Notes under the pieces: model-generated | Database searches by the model: none | What the model was told of the DNA's origin: nothing | What the model saw: the letters and a program-made list of their open reading frames with translations, nothing else | In this document: in pieces, positions 1-9,650 of the stretch | How positions within the stretch are numbered: the first letter of the stretch is position 1 | How the letters are laid out: each line of letters starts with the position of its first letter | Translations under genes and position numbers: made by a program | Assembly: GCA_965232515.1 (NCBI GenBank) | Contig: CBDDPY010000002.1 | Location: forward strand, 6,711,573 to 6,775,572 | Reading direction: 5' to 3' | Origin: Alphaproteobacteria bacterium | GTDB taxonomy: Bacteria > Pseudomonadota > Alphaproteobacteria > GCA-2731375 | DNA length: 64,000 nt

Positions 1-433
1 GCTGTTCTTCCCGCCGCCGAACGTATCGCTGTTGCCGGTGCCGCATTCGCCGTTGGCCTTCCCGCTCTGCAATACCCTGTCGACCATGCTGCCGTTTCTG
101 GTTCTCGGTCGGCCGCGCCGGGTGTTCCTGTTCGGGGTCGACGGCGTCGGGCGGGATGCCGCCGGCGGCGGCGAACGCTACGGGACGAACAATAAGCACT
201 ATCGGTACGCGCCCGCCGACGATCATGAAGAGCGAATGCTGGCGCTCAACCTTCTGGCTGACACGTTGACATTCGGATTTGCGGCGGAGCTGAGTTTGGT
301 CGGCGTATCGCTGATGTACAATTTGCCGATCCCGCCGATCTATACCGTTTCGCCTGACAGCCATATCGATCTGTTTCCAAGGATCGATATCGACGCCTGC
401 ATCGAGATGCTGCGGGCGTCCGACTCCGGCTAA
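1..433 (+). CDS. Partial CDS (C-terminal part, open to window start); hypothetical protein
   Basis: Frame is open from position 2 with no upstream stop. Track ORF 32..433. No recognisable motif. Converges on the methyltransferase gene. Confidence 0.3.
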   Translation, partial: LFFPPPNVSLLPVPHSPLAFPLCNTLSTMLPFLVLGRPRRVFLFGVDGVGRDAAGGGERYGTNNKHYRYAPADDHEERMLALNLLADTLTFGFAAELSLVGVSLMYNLPIPPIYTVSPDSHIDLFPRIDIDACIEMLRASDSG

Positions 434-1419
434 ATCTCAGTCGGCGTCCCCGCGAACCAGAGATTTTCGCCCAGCCGGTGGCGGCAGAGGATCGCCTTAT
501 AGCGCCGGTCGGTATCGGCCATCAGATCCGCGAGTTCGGTCTGCAATTCCGCCGGCAGGCCTGCATTGAGCGGTAATCGGGCTGGCCCCAGTCCCTGATG
601 CGCCGATGGCTGCGGTTCGTCGCGCAGCGCCCAATGCAGATGATTGAGCATGTTGTAGTCCTGCGCATAGCTCACCTCGCCCCTGACGCCGGCGCGCGCC
701 AGGACGGCGCTCAGCGATGCCGCGCTGAAATACCAGAGATGGGCCTTGTGATAGTAGAAGCTCCGGTACCGGGGGGCGTCGTAGAGCGACAGGAGTGGAT
801 CGTCGAGGTTCGGCACTTCGACAACGAGGGTGCCGCCCGGCCGGACATAGCTGGCGAAGGTTTTGCAGGCGGCGATGGGATCGTCAATATGTTCCAGCGT
901 CTGGATGGCGACGACCAGATCGAAGGCGTTTTGGGGCAAGCCGGATTCCGCCAACGTGCCGCTATGGGTGGTCAATCCGAGCTCGTCGCGGGCGAAGGCC
1001 GCCGCGCCGGAATCGAGATCGAAGCCGACCGCTTCGCCCACCCGTTCGTTCAGGTGGGAGAGCAGATGGCCCGTCGAGCAGCCGATCTCGAGCACTCGGG
1101 CGTCGGCGGTCAGATTGGGCGCCAGCAAGTCCAGGCGCTGCTGCTGGTAGTTGACGTGCGCCTCGAAAATGTCGCGGTAATCGGCCGGGCGGCCCGGCGT
1201 CGGTCCATGGTGTTTGCGATATTCGCCGTCGTAGTAGGCCTTCAGGTCGGCGCCGGCATCGTGCTCGCGTTCGAGGATGCCGAGGTCGCAATCCGGACAG
1301 TGTAGAACCCGGCCGGGCCCGTTTCGCAGCTCCGTCGTCAAGACGGCAAGATTCTGTCGGCCACAGAGATAGCAGGCGGTCGCAGACGTTTCGGCATGCG
1401 GTTGCGGCATTGCGGTCAT
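430..1419 (-). CDS. Class I SAM-dependent methyltransferase with N-terminal CxxC...CxxC zinc ribbon
   Basis: 329 aa. Contains VLEIGCSTGHLL (SAM-binding motif I) and N-terminal CYLCG...CPDC. Confidence 0.7.
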   Translation of the reverse strand: MTAMPQPHAETSATACYLCGRQNLAVLTTELRNGPGRVLHCPDCDLGILEREHDAGADLKAYYDGEYRKHHGPTPGRPADYRDIFEAHVNYQQQRLDLLAPNLTADARVLEIGCSTGHLLSHLNERVGEAVGFDLDSGAAAFARDELGLTTHSGTLAESGLPQNAFDLVVAIQTLEHIDDPIAACKTFASYVRPGGTLVVEVPNLDDPLLSLYDAPRYRSFYYHKAHLWYFSAASLSAVLARAGVRGEVSYAQDYNMLNHLHWALRDEPQPSAHQGLGPARLPLNAGLPAELQTELADLMADTDRRYKAILCRHRLGENLWFAGTPTEI

Positions 1420-1440
1420 GATCGGGTCTTTGACCTCCGG

Positions 1441-2355
1441 TTAAGCGCTGGCGGAGAGGGCAGGAGCGCTGGCCACGGCCTGCGAACGCGCGTTGGCATT
1501 GACGAATGTTGAGATCTGTCGGTGGGTTGAATCCGGGGTAAATCCGGTGACCCGCTCGAGCTTGCTGGTGTCGATCCAGAAGCTTGGCGGGCGTTCGCCG
1601 TCATCCACCAGCTCGGAGCGTGAACCACAAAGCTCGCGCATCCGCGCAAGGGTCTCGCGCAGCGGCTGGGGCGCCGTGGCGGCCGCGTTCACGACGTGAT
1701 GGCCGTTGGGACCGGATCCGATCACGTGGTCGACCAGCCTGTTCAGTTCGCTGGCGTCGAGCAGATTGTTGAACGGCCGGTCGCCGTTGACGAAGGTGAC
1801 GGGACGGTTGTCATTGAGCGCCTGCAGCACCTGGCCGATCCAGGCGCGGAAGTAGCCCGGACCGGTGATGCCGGGCAGGCGCAGACACAAGACGTCGCAC
1901 GTGTTCGGCAAGTCCAGCAAGATCTCCTCGGCTAACCGCTTTGTCCGGCCGTAGAGGTTGGGCGCTCGCGGCTCTTCCGTCTCGCGCAGGCACGATCCGT
2001 CGATGCCGCCGTAGACGCTTAGCGTAGAGAGATAGATCAGGCCTCGGACATTGGCCTGATCGACATAGCGGGCAATGTGCAGCGCGCCATCGACATTCGT
2101 TCGCGCATAATCGGTGGCGGTCAGCGTCGGGTCCAGATGCGTGACAGCGGCGGCGTGCACCACCCAATCGACGTCGGTCGGAAGGTCGAGCGGATGCCGC
2201 AGATCGGCCTGCAGGATCCGATGCCGGTCGTCCGCCGGCAGCGACGGCGGCGTGCGATGATAAACGCTGAGGACATGGTGGCCGCGTGCCAGCAAGTCTG
2301 CGGCCATCAGACGGCCGATGAAGCCGCCGGCCCCGGTGACGAGCACGCGGCTCAT
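1441..2355 (-). CDS. NAD-dependent epimerase/dehydratase family protein
   Basis: N-terminal VLVTGAGGFIG Rossmann motif. Start trimmed to MSRVLVTG (cat at 2353-2355). Confidence 0.75.
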   Translation of the reverse strand: MSRVLVTGAGGFIGRLMAADLLARGHHVLSVYHRTPPSLPADDRHRILQADLRHPLDLPTDVDWVVHAAAVTHLDPTLTATDYARTNVDGALHIARYVDQANVRGLIYLSTLSVYGGIDGSCLRETEEPRAPNLYGRTKRLAEEILLDLPNTCDVLCLRLPGITGPGYFRAWIGQVLQALNDNRPVTFVNGDRPFNNLLDASELNRLVDHVIGSGPNGHHVVNAAATAPQPLRETLARMRELCGSRSELVDDGERPPSFWIDTSKLERVTGFTPDSTHRQISTFVNANARSQAVASAPALSASA

Positions 2356-2873
2356 TTTGACCGGTCGGTGGAAAGACCCTCGATGGCGCATTCGACCGCG
2401 CGCAGCAGCCGTCGCCGCCCTGCCTTGTCATCGGCGGCCGGCGCCCAGTCGGGGTAGGTGGCGTCCCGGTCGGGACGGAACGGCCCTGGCTTGGTCTCGT
2501 GATAGACGCACCAGCCGCTGAGCGGGTAGACCATGTGATATTGCCCGACCTCGATCCGGTAGATCAGGCAATCGTGACCGAGACGGGCGATGTCGACGAT
2601 CTCGCCGTCGTCGTCGAAGACGATCGAGGCGAGCTGGCCATCGATGATCTGGTGCCCCTCGGCCTTTTCCAGATGCTTGTGCGGGCGGCAGTAGATCCCC
2701 CGCCGTTGCACGATGATCATCTGGTGAAAAGCATCGTTCCGGTCGCCGTGAATACAGATACGGGCGTTGTCGACCTTCTCGGCCTGCGCCGTTTGCTTCA
2801 GCCAGGCAATGATGTCGGGCCCGATCCCGCCCCTGGGATCGGTCTGCACAAATGACAACGACGCCGCGGACAT
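2352..2873 (-). CDS. WbuC-family cupin fold metalloprotein
   Basis: ICIHGDRNDAFHQMIIVQRRGIYCRPHKH cupin motif, typical of WbuC in O-antigen clusters. Start taken at MSAASLSF (cat 2871-2873). Confidence 0.6.
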   Translation of the reverse strand: MSAASLSFVQTDPRGGIGPDIIAWLKQTAQAEKVDNARICIHGDRNDAFHQMIIVQRRGIYCRPHKHLEKAEGHQIIDGQLASIVFDDDGEIVDIARLGHDCLIYRIEVGQYHMVYPLSGWCVYHETKPGPFRPDRDATYPDWAPAADDKAGRRRLLRAVECAIEGLSTDRSK

Positions 2874-3177
2874 GTCCTGGCGCAGGCCAGATGGAACGGT
2901 CAGCTGGGCGGTCGGCTCGGCCGGCGCGACGGGGGGCTGGGCGAGGGCCGGCACCGGTTAGATCCCGGACCCGCCTGATGTTGATGCCGGCATATCGGAC
3001 CGATGGACCGCTACGACCGTGCCGTTGGGCGTACGCGAAGCGACGCCGTATGGACATGCCTTACGCATGCGTTAATTTTGCGCCGTCTATGCTTAACAAA
3101 CGTTTACCGACCGCCTGCCCCCGGGGGCAGGCGCCGGCGGTTGTCGCGACGGCGTCCGGCGCTATATAAGGCGCGCA

Positions 3178-4304
3178 TGGAACGGATCGATCTCGATGGT
3201 CTCCAGAGAGGGGCGCGGGTTGTCGTGGCCATGTCCGGCGGCGTCGACTCGTCGGTCTGCGCCGCGCTTTGCCATGAGGCCGGCTATGACGTCATCGGCA
3301 TCACGCTGCAGCTCTACGACCATGGCCAGGCGGCGCGGCGCCCCGGCGCCTGCTGCGCCGGCGTCGACATCCATGACGCCAAGCGGGTGGCCGAGCGCCT
3401 CGGCATTGCCCACTATGTGCTCGACTACGAGGATCGTTTTCGCCAGTCGGTGATGGACGATTTTGCCGACAGCTATCTTGCCGGCGAGACGCCGGTGCCT
3501 TGCATCCGCTGCAATCAGACCGTGAAGTTCCGGGATCTCCTGGGCACCGCCCGCGAGCTTGGCGCCGAAGCGCTGGTCACCGGCCACTATGTCCGCCGGG
3601 TGGCGGGCGAGGCCGGCCCCGAACTGCACCGCGCCGTCGATGCGGCGAAGGACCAGAGCTATTTCCTGTTCGCCACGACCGCGGCCGAGCTTGATTTCCT
3701 GCGCTTGCCCCTGGGCGAAATCGCCGACAAGGCGGCGACCCGGGCGGTCGCCCATCGCCATGGCCTGCCGGTGGCCGAGAAGGCGGACAGCCAGGACATC
3801 TGCTTCGTACCGCAGGGCCGCTATGCCGAGGTGATCGAGCGCCTGCGTCCGGGCGCGGCCGATCCCGGCGAGATCGTCGACCAGGCGGGCCGGGTGCTCG
3901 GCCGGCATGACGGTATCATCCATTTCACCATCGGCCAGCGCCGCGGCCTGGGCCTCAGCATGCCCGAACCGCTCTACGTGCTGCGGCTGGAGCCCGAAAC
4001 CCGGCGTGTCGTGGTCGGCCCACGGGCGGCATTGCTGGAGCGGCGCATCGTCCTGAAGGACGTGAACTGGCTGGATAGCGCGGCCGTGCCGCCGGCCGGC
4101 CGGGCTGTCGGCGCCCGCATCCGCTCGACCCGGCCGCCGGTCCCGGCCACCGTCTTCGCGGCGCTGGATGGGCATATCGAGGTCAGCCTGCACGAGCCTG
4201 AAGCCGGTGTGGCGCCCGGTCAGGCCTGCGTGCTCTACGACGGCAGCCGGGTTTTGGGCGGCGGCTGGATCGCCCGCGCCGAGGGCAACCGCGCCGCCGC
4301 TTGA
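3178..4304 (+). CDS. mnmA: tRNA-specific 2-thiouridylase MnmA
   Basis: [15 protein letters not shown]-loop, then DYEDRF and CIRCN motifs. 375 aa starting at MERIDLDG. Confidence 0.9.
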
Positions 4305-4367
4305 CAGCAAGGCCGCTTCGTCCCTATATCCACCGCCTGCGGCAGAGGTAGCGAGCCGCGTGCGTGT

Positions 4368-4444
4368 GGCGGGGTAGCTCAGTTGGTTAGAGCAGCGGAA
4401 TCATAATCCGCGTGTCGGGGGTTCAAGTCCCTCCCCCGCTACCA
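4368..4444 (+). tRNA. tRNA-Met (anticodon CAT); tRNA-Ile2(LAU) not excluded
   Basis: Cloverleaf read by hand. Acceptor stem GGCGGGG/CCCCGCU, D-arm GCTC-AGTTGGTTA-GAGC, anticodon stem GCGGA/TCCGC with loop AUCAUAA, T-arm GGGGG-TTCAAGT-CCCTC, A73 and encoded CCA. Confidence 0.85.
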
Positions 4445-4568
4445 AATTTCCTGAATTAGAACAATCTGCTAGAAGTCCCGCTTGCACCTTGCGTGGTGAA
4501 GATGCAGCGCTGTGCCGGGGGCATTGAGCGGGAACCAAGAGGCGTGGAGCCGTGGCACGGACGCAATC

Positions 4569-4931
4569 ATGATCCGGTCGGGTGCGGGGATTGCCGTCGT
4601 TCTGATGCTCTTGCTGTCGGCCGATGGCAAGGTCGGCGCCTCGGCCCCGCGATTCTCCAACCTGCAGGTCTTGCCGGAAGACGCGACGCCGGCCGAGGTG
4701 TTCCAGGTCATGAAGCTGATGACCCGCGCGCTCGGGACCGAGTGCCGTGTCTGTCACCGCACCGGCGCGCGCGATTTTGCCGCGGACGCGGAGCCCCTCA
4801 AGGTCACGACGCGCGGCATGATGTGGCTGGAGTCGACGGTTCGCGGCGGCATTGACTGGCGCGAACCGCCCGCCGACCTGTGTGTCGACTGCCATCGAGG
4901 TCGGCTGCGGCCGCCGCCCGGCGGCGGTTGA
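4569..4931 (+). CDS. Small secreted dihaem c-type cytochrome (photosynthetic-reaction-centre cytochrome c subunit-like domain)
   Basis: Signal peptide MIRSGAGIAVVLMLLL. Motif FSNLQVLP...LGTECRVCH and a second CVDCH. Confidence 0.6.
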   Translation: MIRSGAGIAVVLMLLLSADGKVGASAPRFSNLQVLPEDATPAEVFQVMKLMTRALGTECRVCHRTGARDFAADAEPLKVTTRGMMWLESTVRGGIDWREPPADLCVDCHRGRLRPPPGGG

Positions 4932-5032
4932 GCGGTCGGCCGCAAAGGCGAGGCCGCGTATTCTCGTAATTTCGCGAAAGGGCTATGATCGGGGACGGTT
5001 GACAATGGTCGAACCGCCGGAGAAGCGAAACA

Positions 5033-8000
5033 TTGTCTCGCGCGCGACTGGCCCCGGTGCTGCTGCTTCTTGCGCTCTTTTCGTCGAGCCACGAGGCGCG
5101 GACGGCCGACACGCAGGATGGATACGCAGGCTCCAAGGCCTGCGAAGGCTGCCACACCTACATTTACAACCAGTGGCGGGGCACACGGCATAGCTTCTCC
5201 GTCAAGACGCCGGCCGAGGCGCGATCCGCCGGTTTCCCGTTGCCCCGGCCACGCCAAGGCGGCGGCGAGCTAACGATCCGGTCGTGGGACGACGTCGCTT
5301 ACGTCATCGGCGGGCGGCAACGTATCGCCTATGCGGATGCCGCGGGTCGCGTTCAGGACACCAGCTATCACCATCGGACCGGGGGTTGGGATGCGTTTCC
5401 AACCAAGCCCATGTCCGTGTGCGGCCCGTGCCACTACACCGGCTTCGGCGTGGGCCCCGAACATTCGGACAATCCGGTGCTGCCCGGCCGCTGGGTCGAG
5501 CGAAACATCGGCTGCGAAGCCTGCCACGGACCGGGCGCGCGCCACGTCGAGAGCCTGGAGAAGGCGGACATCCAGGCCGACCCGTCGTCACGCGTCTGCG
5601 GTCAATGCCACACGGCGGTGGGCAAGGTCCTGCCCAAGGGCGAGCTGCATGCGACCCACGATCTGGTGCAGGGCTGGAACCAGGACCCGCACGTCACCGG
5701 CGTCCGCTGGAATTCCGACAACGCCTTCTGCGCGCGCTGTCACGCGCCCTATCAGGGCCACATTCCGGAGGCTGGCGAGGGTGCGGCGCGTCGGGTCTTT
5801 TCCGAGACGAAGCGGAACATCACCTGCATCGGCTGTCACAATCCGCATCAACTGACCAATGCGAACTATGGGCCTGACAACGTCTTGCTGACGCCGCCGC
5901 TGCCAATCCCGTGGCATACCCACGAAGGCCATGATGCGGACTTTACGACCACCGACTACAAGGCCTGGGACAGCACCGATGAGGTCTGCGAACGCTGCCA
6001 CCGGGGGGCGGATCGGGTCGATCTGGATCACGCCAACGCGACGTGCCAGGACTGCCACAATCAGTTCAACCGCAACCATGGACGCGAGTCCCGACGGCTC
6101 CACGACGCCAACCACCCCGCGTTGAGCTGCCGTGGCTGCCATGAGGATGCCGACCACTTAATGGCGGTGCTTTACCGGGATCCCGACTTCCTGGCGCCAA
6201 AGCACATCCACAACCTGAGGACATTGCCGGCGCGGGCGCGGACGAAGTATGGCTTCCGCTACGCGGAGCTGATCCGGCCAGGCGCGCTGGCAACGAACGT
6301 CTCGATCCAGGAAACAGCGGCCGCGGTCGCAGAGCAGAACCCGAACGGCGATTTGCCGAACCAGCCAACCGTCATTCGGCAGACCGGATCTGCTCACCAC
6401 GAGGCGCTGCGCGAACTGCTGTCAGCGCCGGTCCACCGCCGCCTCGCCGGGGACGAGACCGTGTCGGCGAAGCAACGGGCTCTATCCGAGGCGCCCGACT
6501 CTGTCGGTCGCTATCTCGACCTGGCTGATGTCTACGCGGGGCAGGGTGAATTCTCGGCGGCACGGGAGATTATCGCGCACGGGCTGGCGCTCGACGCGAG
6601 CCGGCTCCTGCTGGAGCTGCCCTTCGGCCGAGACGCGGACAGGTCCGACATGGGCGAGACGGCCGAGGCCAGGGCTCGCACATTATTGCCGCCGTCCGCG
6701 TTGCCGGGCGAGGAGGCCCTTCGAGCTTGGCTTCAGGGCTATCTGGAAATGACCGAAGGACGCTTCGCGGACGCCGCCCGGACGTTGGCGTCCGTGCAAG
6801 CGGGTTCGACCGAGCGCGTGTCGTTGCGATTTCATCTGGCGCTGGCCGAGTTGGGGCAAGGCCGCTATCGCGAGGCGCTCGTGGCAATCAAGGCGAACCT
6901 TCGTGCGAACCCTGAGCACCGGGCATCGAAAGTCGGGCTCGGATTCGTGCACCTCGCTCGGCGCCGATCCAAGCCCGCGATCGAGGCGCTGACGCGGGCG
7001 ATCGCCGACCATCCCGGTGACGCCGCGGCGCTCTATATTCTGGGGCGCGCTTATCTGACTGGCCGGGATATGGCCAACGCCGTTCAGGCCTATCGGGCCG
7101 CGGTCGATGCCGATCCCAATTTTCTCTTGGCCCGGTTCGACATGGCGCGGGCCTATGGCTTCGGCGGACGACCCGATGCGGCGACGCGCGTTTATCGAGA
7201 AATCGTCCGCCGCCAGCCTGGTCTGTTTCAGGCCCGGTTCGAGCTTGCCAATGTCTTGAAGCTGCTGAGCGACAGGCTGGCCTATCAGCTGCAGTCCGCG
7301 CGCGAGACCAGCCCGCCCACGGACATCAGCGTCGCGCGCTGGCGGGACCGCCTGTCCGGTTGGGAGCGGGAAGTCGAGAAGTTCCGGGATCTGGCGCTCT
7401 CCGAGCTGGCGATCGCGGCCAGTGTCAGACCCTCGGCGATCGAGGTGATCCGGCAGGTGGCCGAGATCTACCGGCAGTCTGGGCGCCTGTCCGAGGCCGA
7501 GCGGTTCTACCGGTGGCTGGCACGCCGCCAGCCCGAATGGTGGCTCTACCGGTATCGGCTCGGTGTCGTTCAAATCAGGCAGGGCCGCGACGCCGAGGCG
7601 ATCGAGACGCTGACACGGGCGCTGACGATGGCGCCGACGGACGGTGACACCTTTCTTGCGCTCGGCCTGGCGCAGATCCGCGCCGGCCGACTTGACGCCG
7701 CCATCGACACCTTCGAGCGCGGCAGGATCTACGAACCGTTCAATCCGGCTCTCTACACCAATCTGGGCGCGGCATATGCACGCCGCGGCAATCTCGAACA
7801 CGCGAGCGCCGCGCTCGAACGTTCGCTGGAGCTCGCCAGCTTTCCGCTGCCGCGTGTGCACCTGACACATACGAATCTCGCCATCGTGCGTATCAGGCAG
7901 GGCCGCCCCGAGGCTGCGGCTCAGTCGCTGAGACGCGCCCTGCACAGTTTTTCGCAGTACGCCTATGCCCGCGAGCTGCTCGACAGGCTGAATGCGGGTG

Positions 8001-8098
8001 AGCATCTGCACGAAGCTGACTCGCCGCCCGACGTCGTCTTCAACGATCTGCTCGAGCGCTTCGGCGAGGTCACGACGGTCGCGTTCGCCAATGACTAG
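5033..8098 (+). CDS. Nine-haem c-type cytochrome fused to a C-terminal TPR-repeat domain
   Basis: TTG start with GGAGA RBS and a signal peptide. Nine CxxCH motifs in the first roughly 370 aa: CEGCH, CGPCH, CEACH, CGQCH, CARCH, CIGCH, CERCH, CQDCH, CRGCH. Residues roughly 480-1000 are TPR-like A/L/R-rich helical repeats. Confidence 0.7.
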   Translation: MSRARLAPVLLLLALFSSSHEARTADTQDGYAGSKACEGCHTYIYNQWRGTRHSFSVKTPAEARSAGFPLPRPRQGGGELTIRSWDDVAYVIGGRQRIAYADAAGRVQDTSYHHRTGGWDAFPTKPMSVCGPCHYTGFGVGPEHSDNPVLPGRWVERNIGCEACHGPGARHVESLEKADIQADPSSRVCGQCHTAVGKVLPKGELHATHDLVQGWNQDPHVTGVRWNSDNAFCARCHAPYQGHIPEAGEGAARRVFSETKRNITCIGCHNPHQLTNANYGPDNVLLTPPLPIPWHTHEGHDADFTTTDYKAWDSTDEVCERCHRGADRVDLDHANATCQDCHNQFNRNHGRESRRLHDANHPALSCRGCHEDADHLMAVLYRDPDFLAPKHIHNLRTLPARARTKYGFRYAELIRPGALATNVSIQETAAAVAEQNPNGDLPNQPTVIRQTGSAHHEALRELLSAPVHRRLAGDETVSAKQRALSEAPDSVGRYLDLADVYAGQGEFSAAREIIAHGLALDASRLLLELPFGRDADRSDMGETAEARARTLLPPSALPGEEALRAWLQGYLEMTEGRFADAARTLASVQAGSTERVSLRFHLALAELGQGRYREALVAIKANLRANPEHRASKVGLGFVHLARRRSKPAIEALTRAIADHPGDAAALYILGRAYLTGRDMANAVQAYRAAVDADPNFLLARFDMARAYGFGGRPDAATRVYREIVRRQPGLFQARFELANVLKLLSDRLAYQLQSARETSPPTDISVARWRDRLSGWEREVEKFRDLALSELAIAASVRPSAIEVIRQVAEIYRQSGRLSEAERFYRWLARRQPEWWLYRYRLGVVQIRQGRDAEAIETLTRALTMAPTDGDTFLALGLAQIRAGRLDAAIDTFERGRIYEPFNPALYTNLGAAYARRGNLEHASAALERSLELASFPLPRVHLTHTNLAIVRIRQGRPEAAAQSLRRALHSFSQYAYARELLDRLNAGEHLHEADSPPDVVFNDLLERFGEVTTVAFAND

Positions 8099-9470
8099 TC
8101 GGGTGTTAGGCGTCGTCGCCGGGCTGTTGGGCCTGCTGGCCATTGTTGAAGGCGCGATGCTGTGGCAGCTGCATCAAGAACACGCCACGGCCAGTATCGA
8201 ACTTCGCGCCAGCAATGCCGGCCTGGAACTCGGTCCGGAGCATGGACGGGTCTTTGTTCATCCGGCGGAGCGGACCGACCAACTCGTCGCCGAGGGCGCC
8301 CTTGAAGAGGAAATCGCGGTTGCGCCCGGGACCTACGACGTCCGCGTGCTGTTTACCCGCTCAAAGGACAACCAGAGCATTTGGCTCGACGACGTCGTGC
8401 TCGAGCGAGGTGCGCGGGCGACGCACACCGTCGAGTTCGGCTCCGGCGAGCTTAGCGTCGAGGCCACGGTCGGGAGCGGCGCCGGCGAGGTCGTGGTCTA
8501 TGTCTTCGAGAGTGGCGACCAGGACAGGATCATTACGTCGATGCAACCGGGCCAACCGGTTTTGATTGCCCCCGGCACATACGATGTGCGGATCGTGCTC
8601 ACCGAAGCCGCCGAGGAGCGGGCCGTCCGCTGGCGAAAGGGCGTGCCGGTTCAAACCGGACTGCAAACCAGGATCAACGTCCGCTTCCAACAGGGCGCGT
8701 TGCTCGTCGCTGCGCTGAACGGGCAGCAACCGTTGCCCGACGGCGCCGTGGAGCTGACCGTGTTCCGCGCCGGCGACGCTCAACGCGAGGTGGTCGCCTT
8801 CGGCCTCGCCGGATCGCCACTGCATCTTGCCGCCGGGCGCTACGACATCAAGGCGACGTTTTCGGCATCGAACGACAAGCCGGTCATCTGGCTCGAGGAT
8901 CTGGCGATCACGGAGGAAGAAGCGCTGGAGAAGTCCATTGCGTTTACATCCGGAACCGCCGTCGTCAGCGCGGAGATGAAGCACGGCGCGACGCTCGACG
9001 ACTTCCAGGCCTACGTTTACTACTACAGGGTCGGGGACCACCAGGAGCCGGTTGCCTATGCCCCCGCGCCCGAACCGGTGGTGCTGGCGAGCGGCCGTTA
9101 TGACGTGCGCGTCAACTTCCACCGCTCGCACGACCGGCCCGACCTTTGGATTCGGGATCTGTTCGTGCCGCCAGGCGGGCGCGTCTCACGAACCGCGGTC
9201 TTCGCATCCGGCATGCTGCTTGTGCGGGCCTACGATGCGGCCGGGATCGAACTGGTTGGCGACAACATATTCGTGCGAGTCCATGCGGCGGGCGAGGCCA
9301 GTCGGCCCATTGCGGTCGCGCGCAGCGGCGAGATTCTCGTTCTCTCCGACGGCGTCTATGACGTTGTCGCCGAGGACACCCGAAGCCCCGGAACCGAGCG
9401 CCGCATCGATCGCGTCGCTGTGACGCCGGGGAAACTGTCGGAGCACACCCTGACGTTTGGGCGGCCGTGA
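8091..9470 (+). CDS. Membrane-anchored protein with five tandem roughly 80-90-aa beta-rich repeats
   Basis: N-terminal TM helix VLGVVAGLLGLLAIVEG. The module APGTYDVRV...IWLDD/LWIRDL recurs five times. ATG overlaps the stop of the upstream cytochrome gene. Confidence 0.55.
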   Translation: MTSRVLGVVAGLLGLLAIVEGAMLWQLHQEHATASIELRASNAGLELGPEHGRVFVHPAERTDQLVAEGALEEEIAVAPGTYDVRVLFTRSKDNQSIWLDDVVLERGARATHTVEFGSGELSVEATVGSGAGEVVVYVFESGDQDRIITSMQPGQPVLIAPGTYDVRIVLTEAAEERAVRWRKGVPVQTGLQTRINVRFQQGALLVAALNGQQPLPDGAVELTVFRAGDAQREVVAFGLAGSPLHLAAGRYDIKATFSASNDKPVIWLEDLAITEEEALEKSIAFTSGTAVVSAEMKHGATLDDFQAYVYYYRVGDHQEPVAYAPAPEPVVLASGRYDVRVNFHRSHDRPDLWIRDLFVPPGGRVSRTAVFASGMLLVRAYDAAGIELVGDNIFVRVHAAGEASRPIAVARSGEILVLSDGVYDVVAEDTRSPGTERRIDRVAVTPGKLSEHTLTFGRP

Positions 9471-9650
9471 GCCCGATATCGCGCCGTCAGGTCGCGTCGG
9501 TTAAGGCGCGCAATGGCTGATCACGACGACAGGCTGGAGCGCATCCCAAGCTGCTAAATTTGCGCCGGACCGGCAAAATCACTTACCATAATGCCGGTCG
9601 ATGGTGTCCGGCCGTGTCGGACGACCTTGTCTGCTTGAGGAGGGACCACG

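Noticed and set aside
6683-8143. 486-aa minus-strand ORF antisense to the TPR part of the multihaem cytochrome gene
   Set aside because: Arg/Ala/Gly-rich, with composition typical of spurious antisense ORFs in high-GC DNA. The plus-strand gene has clear CxxCH and TPR content.
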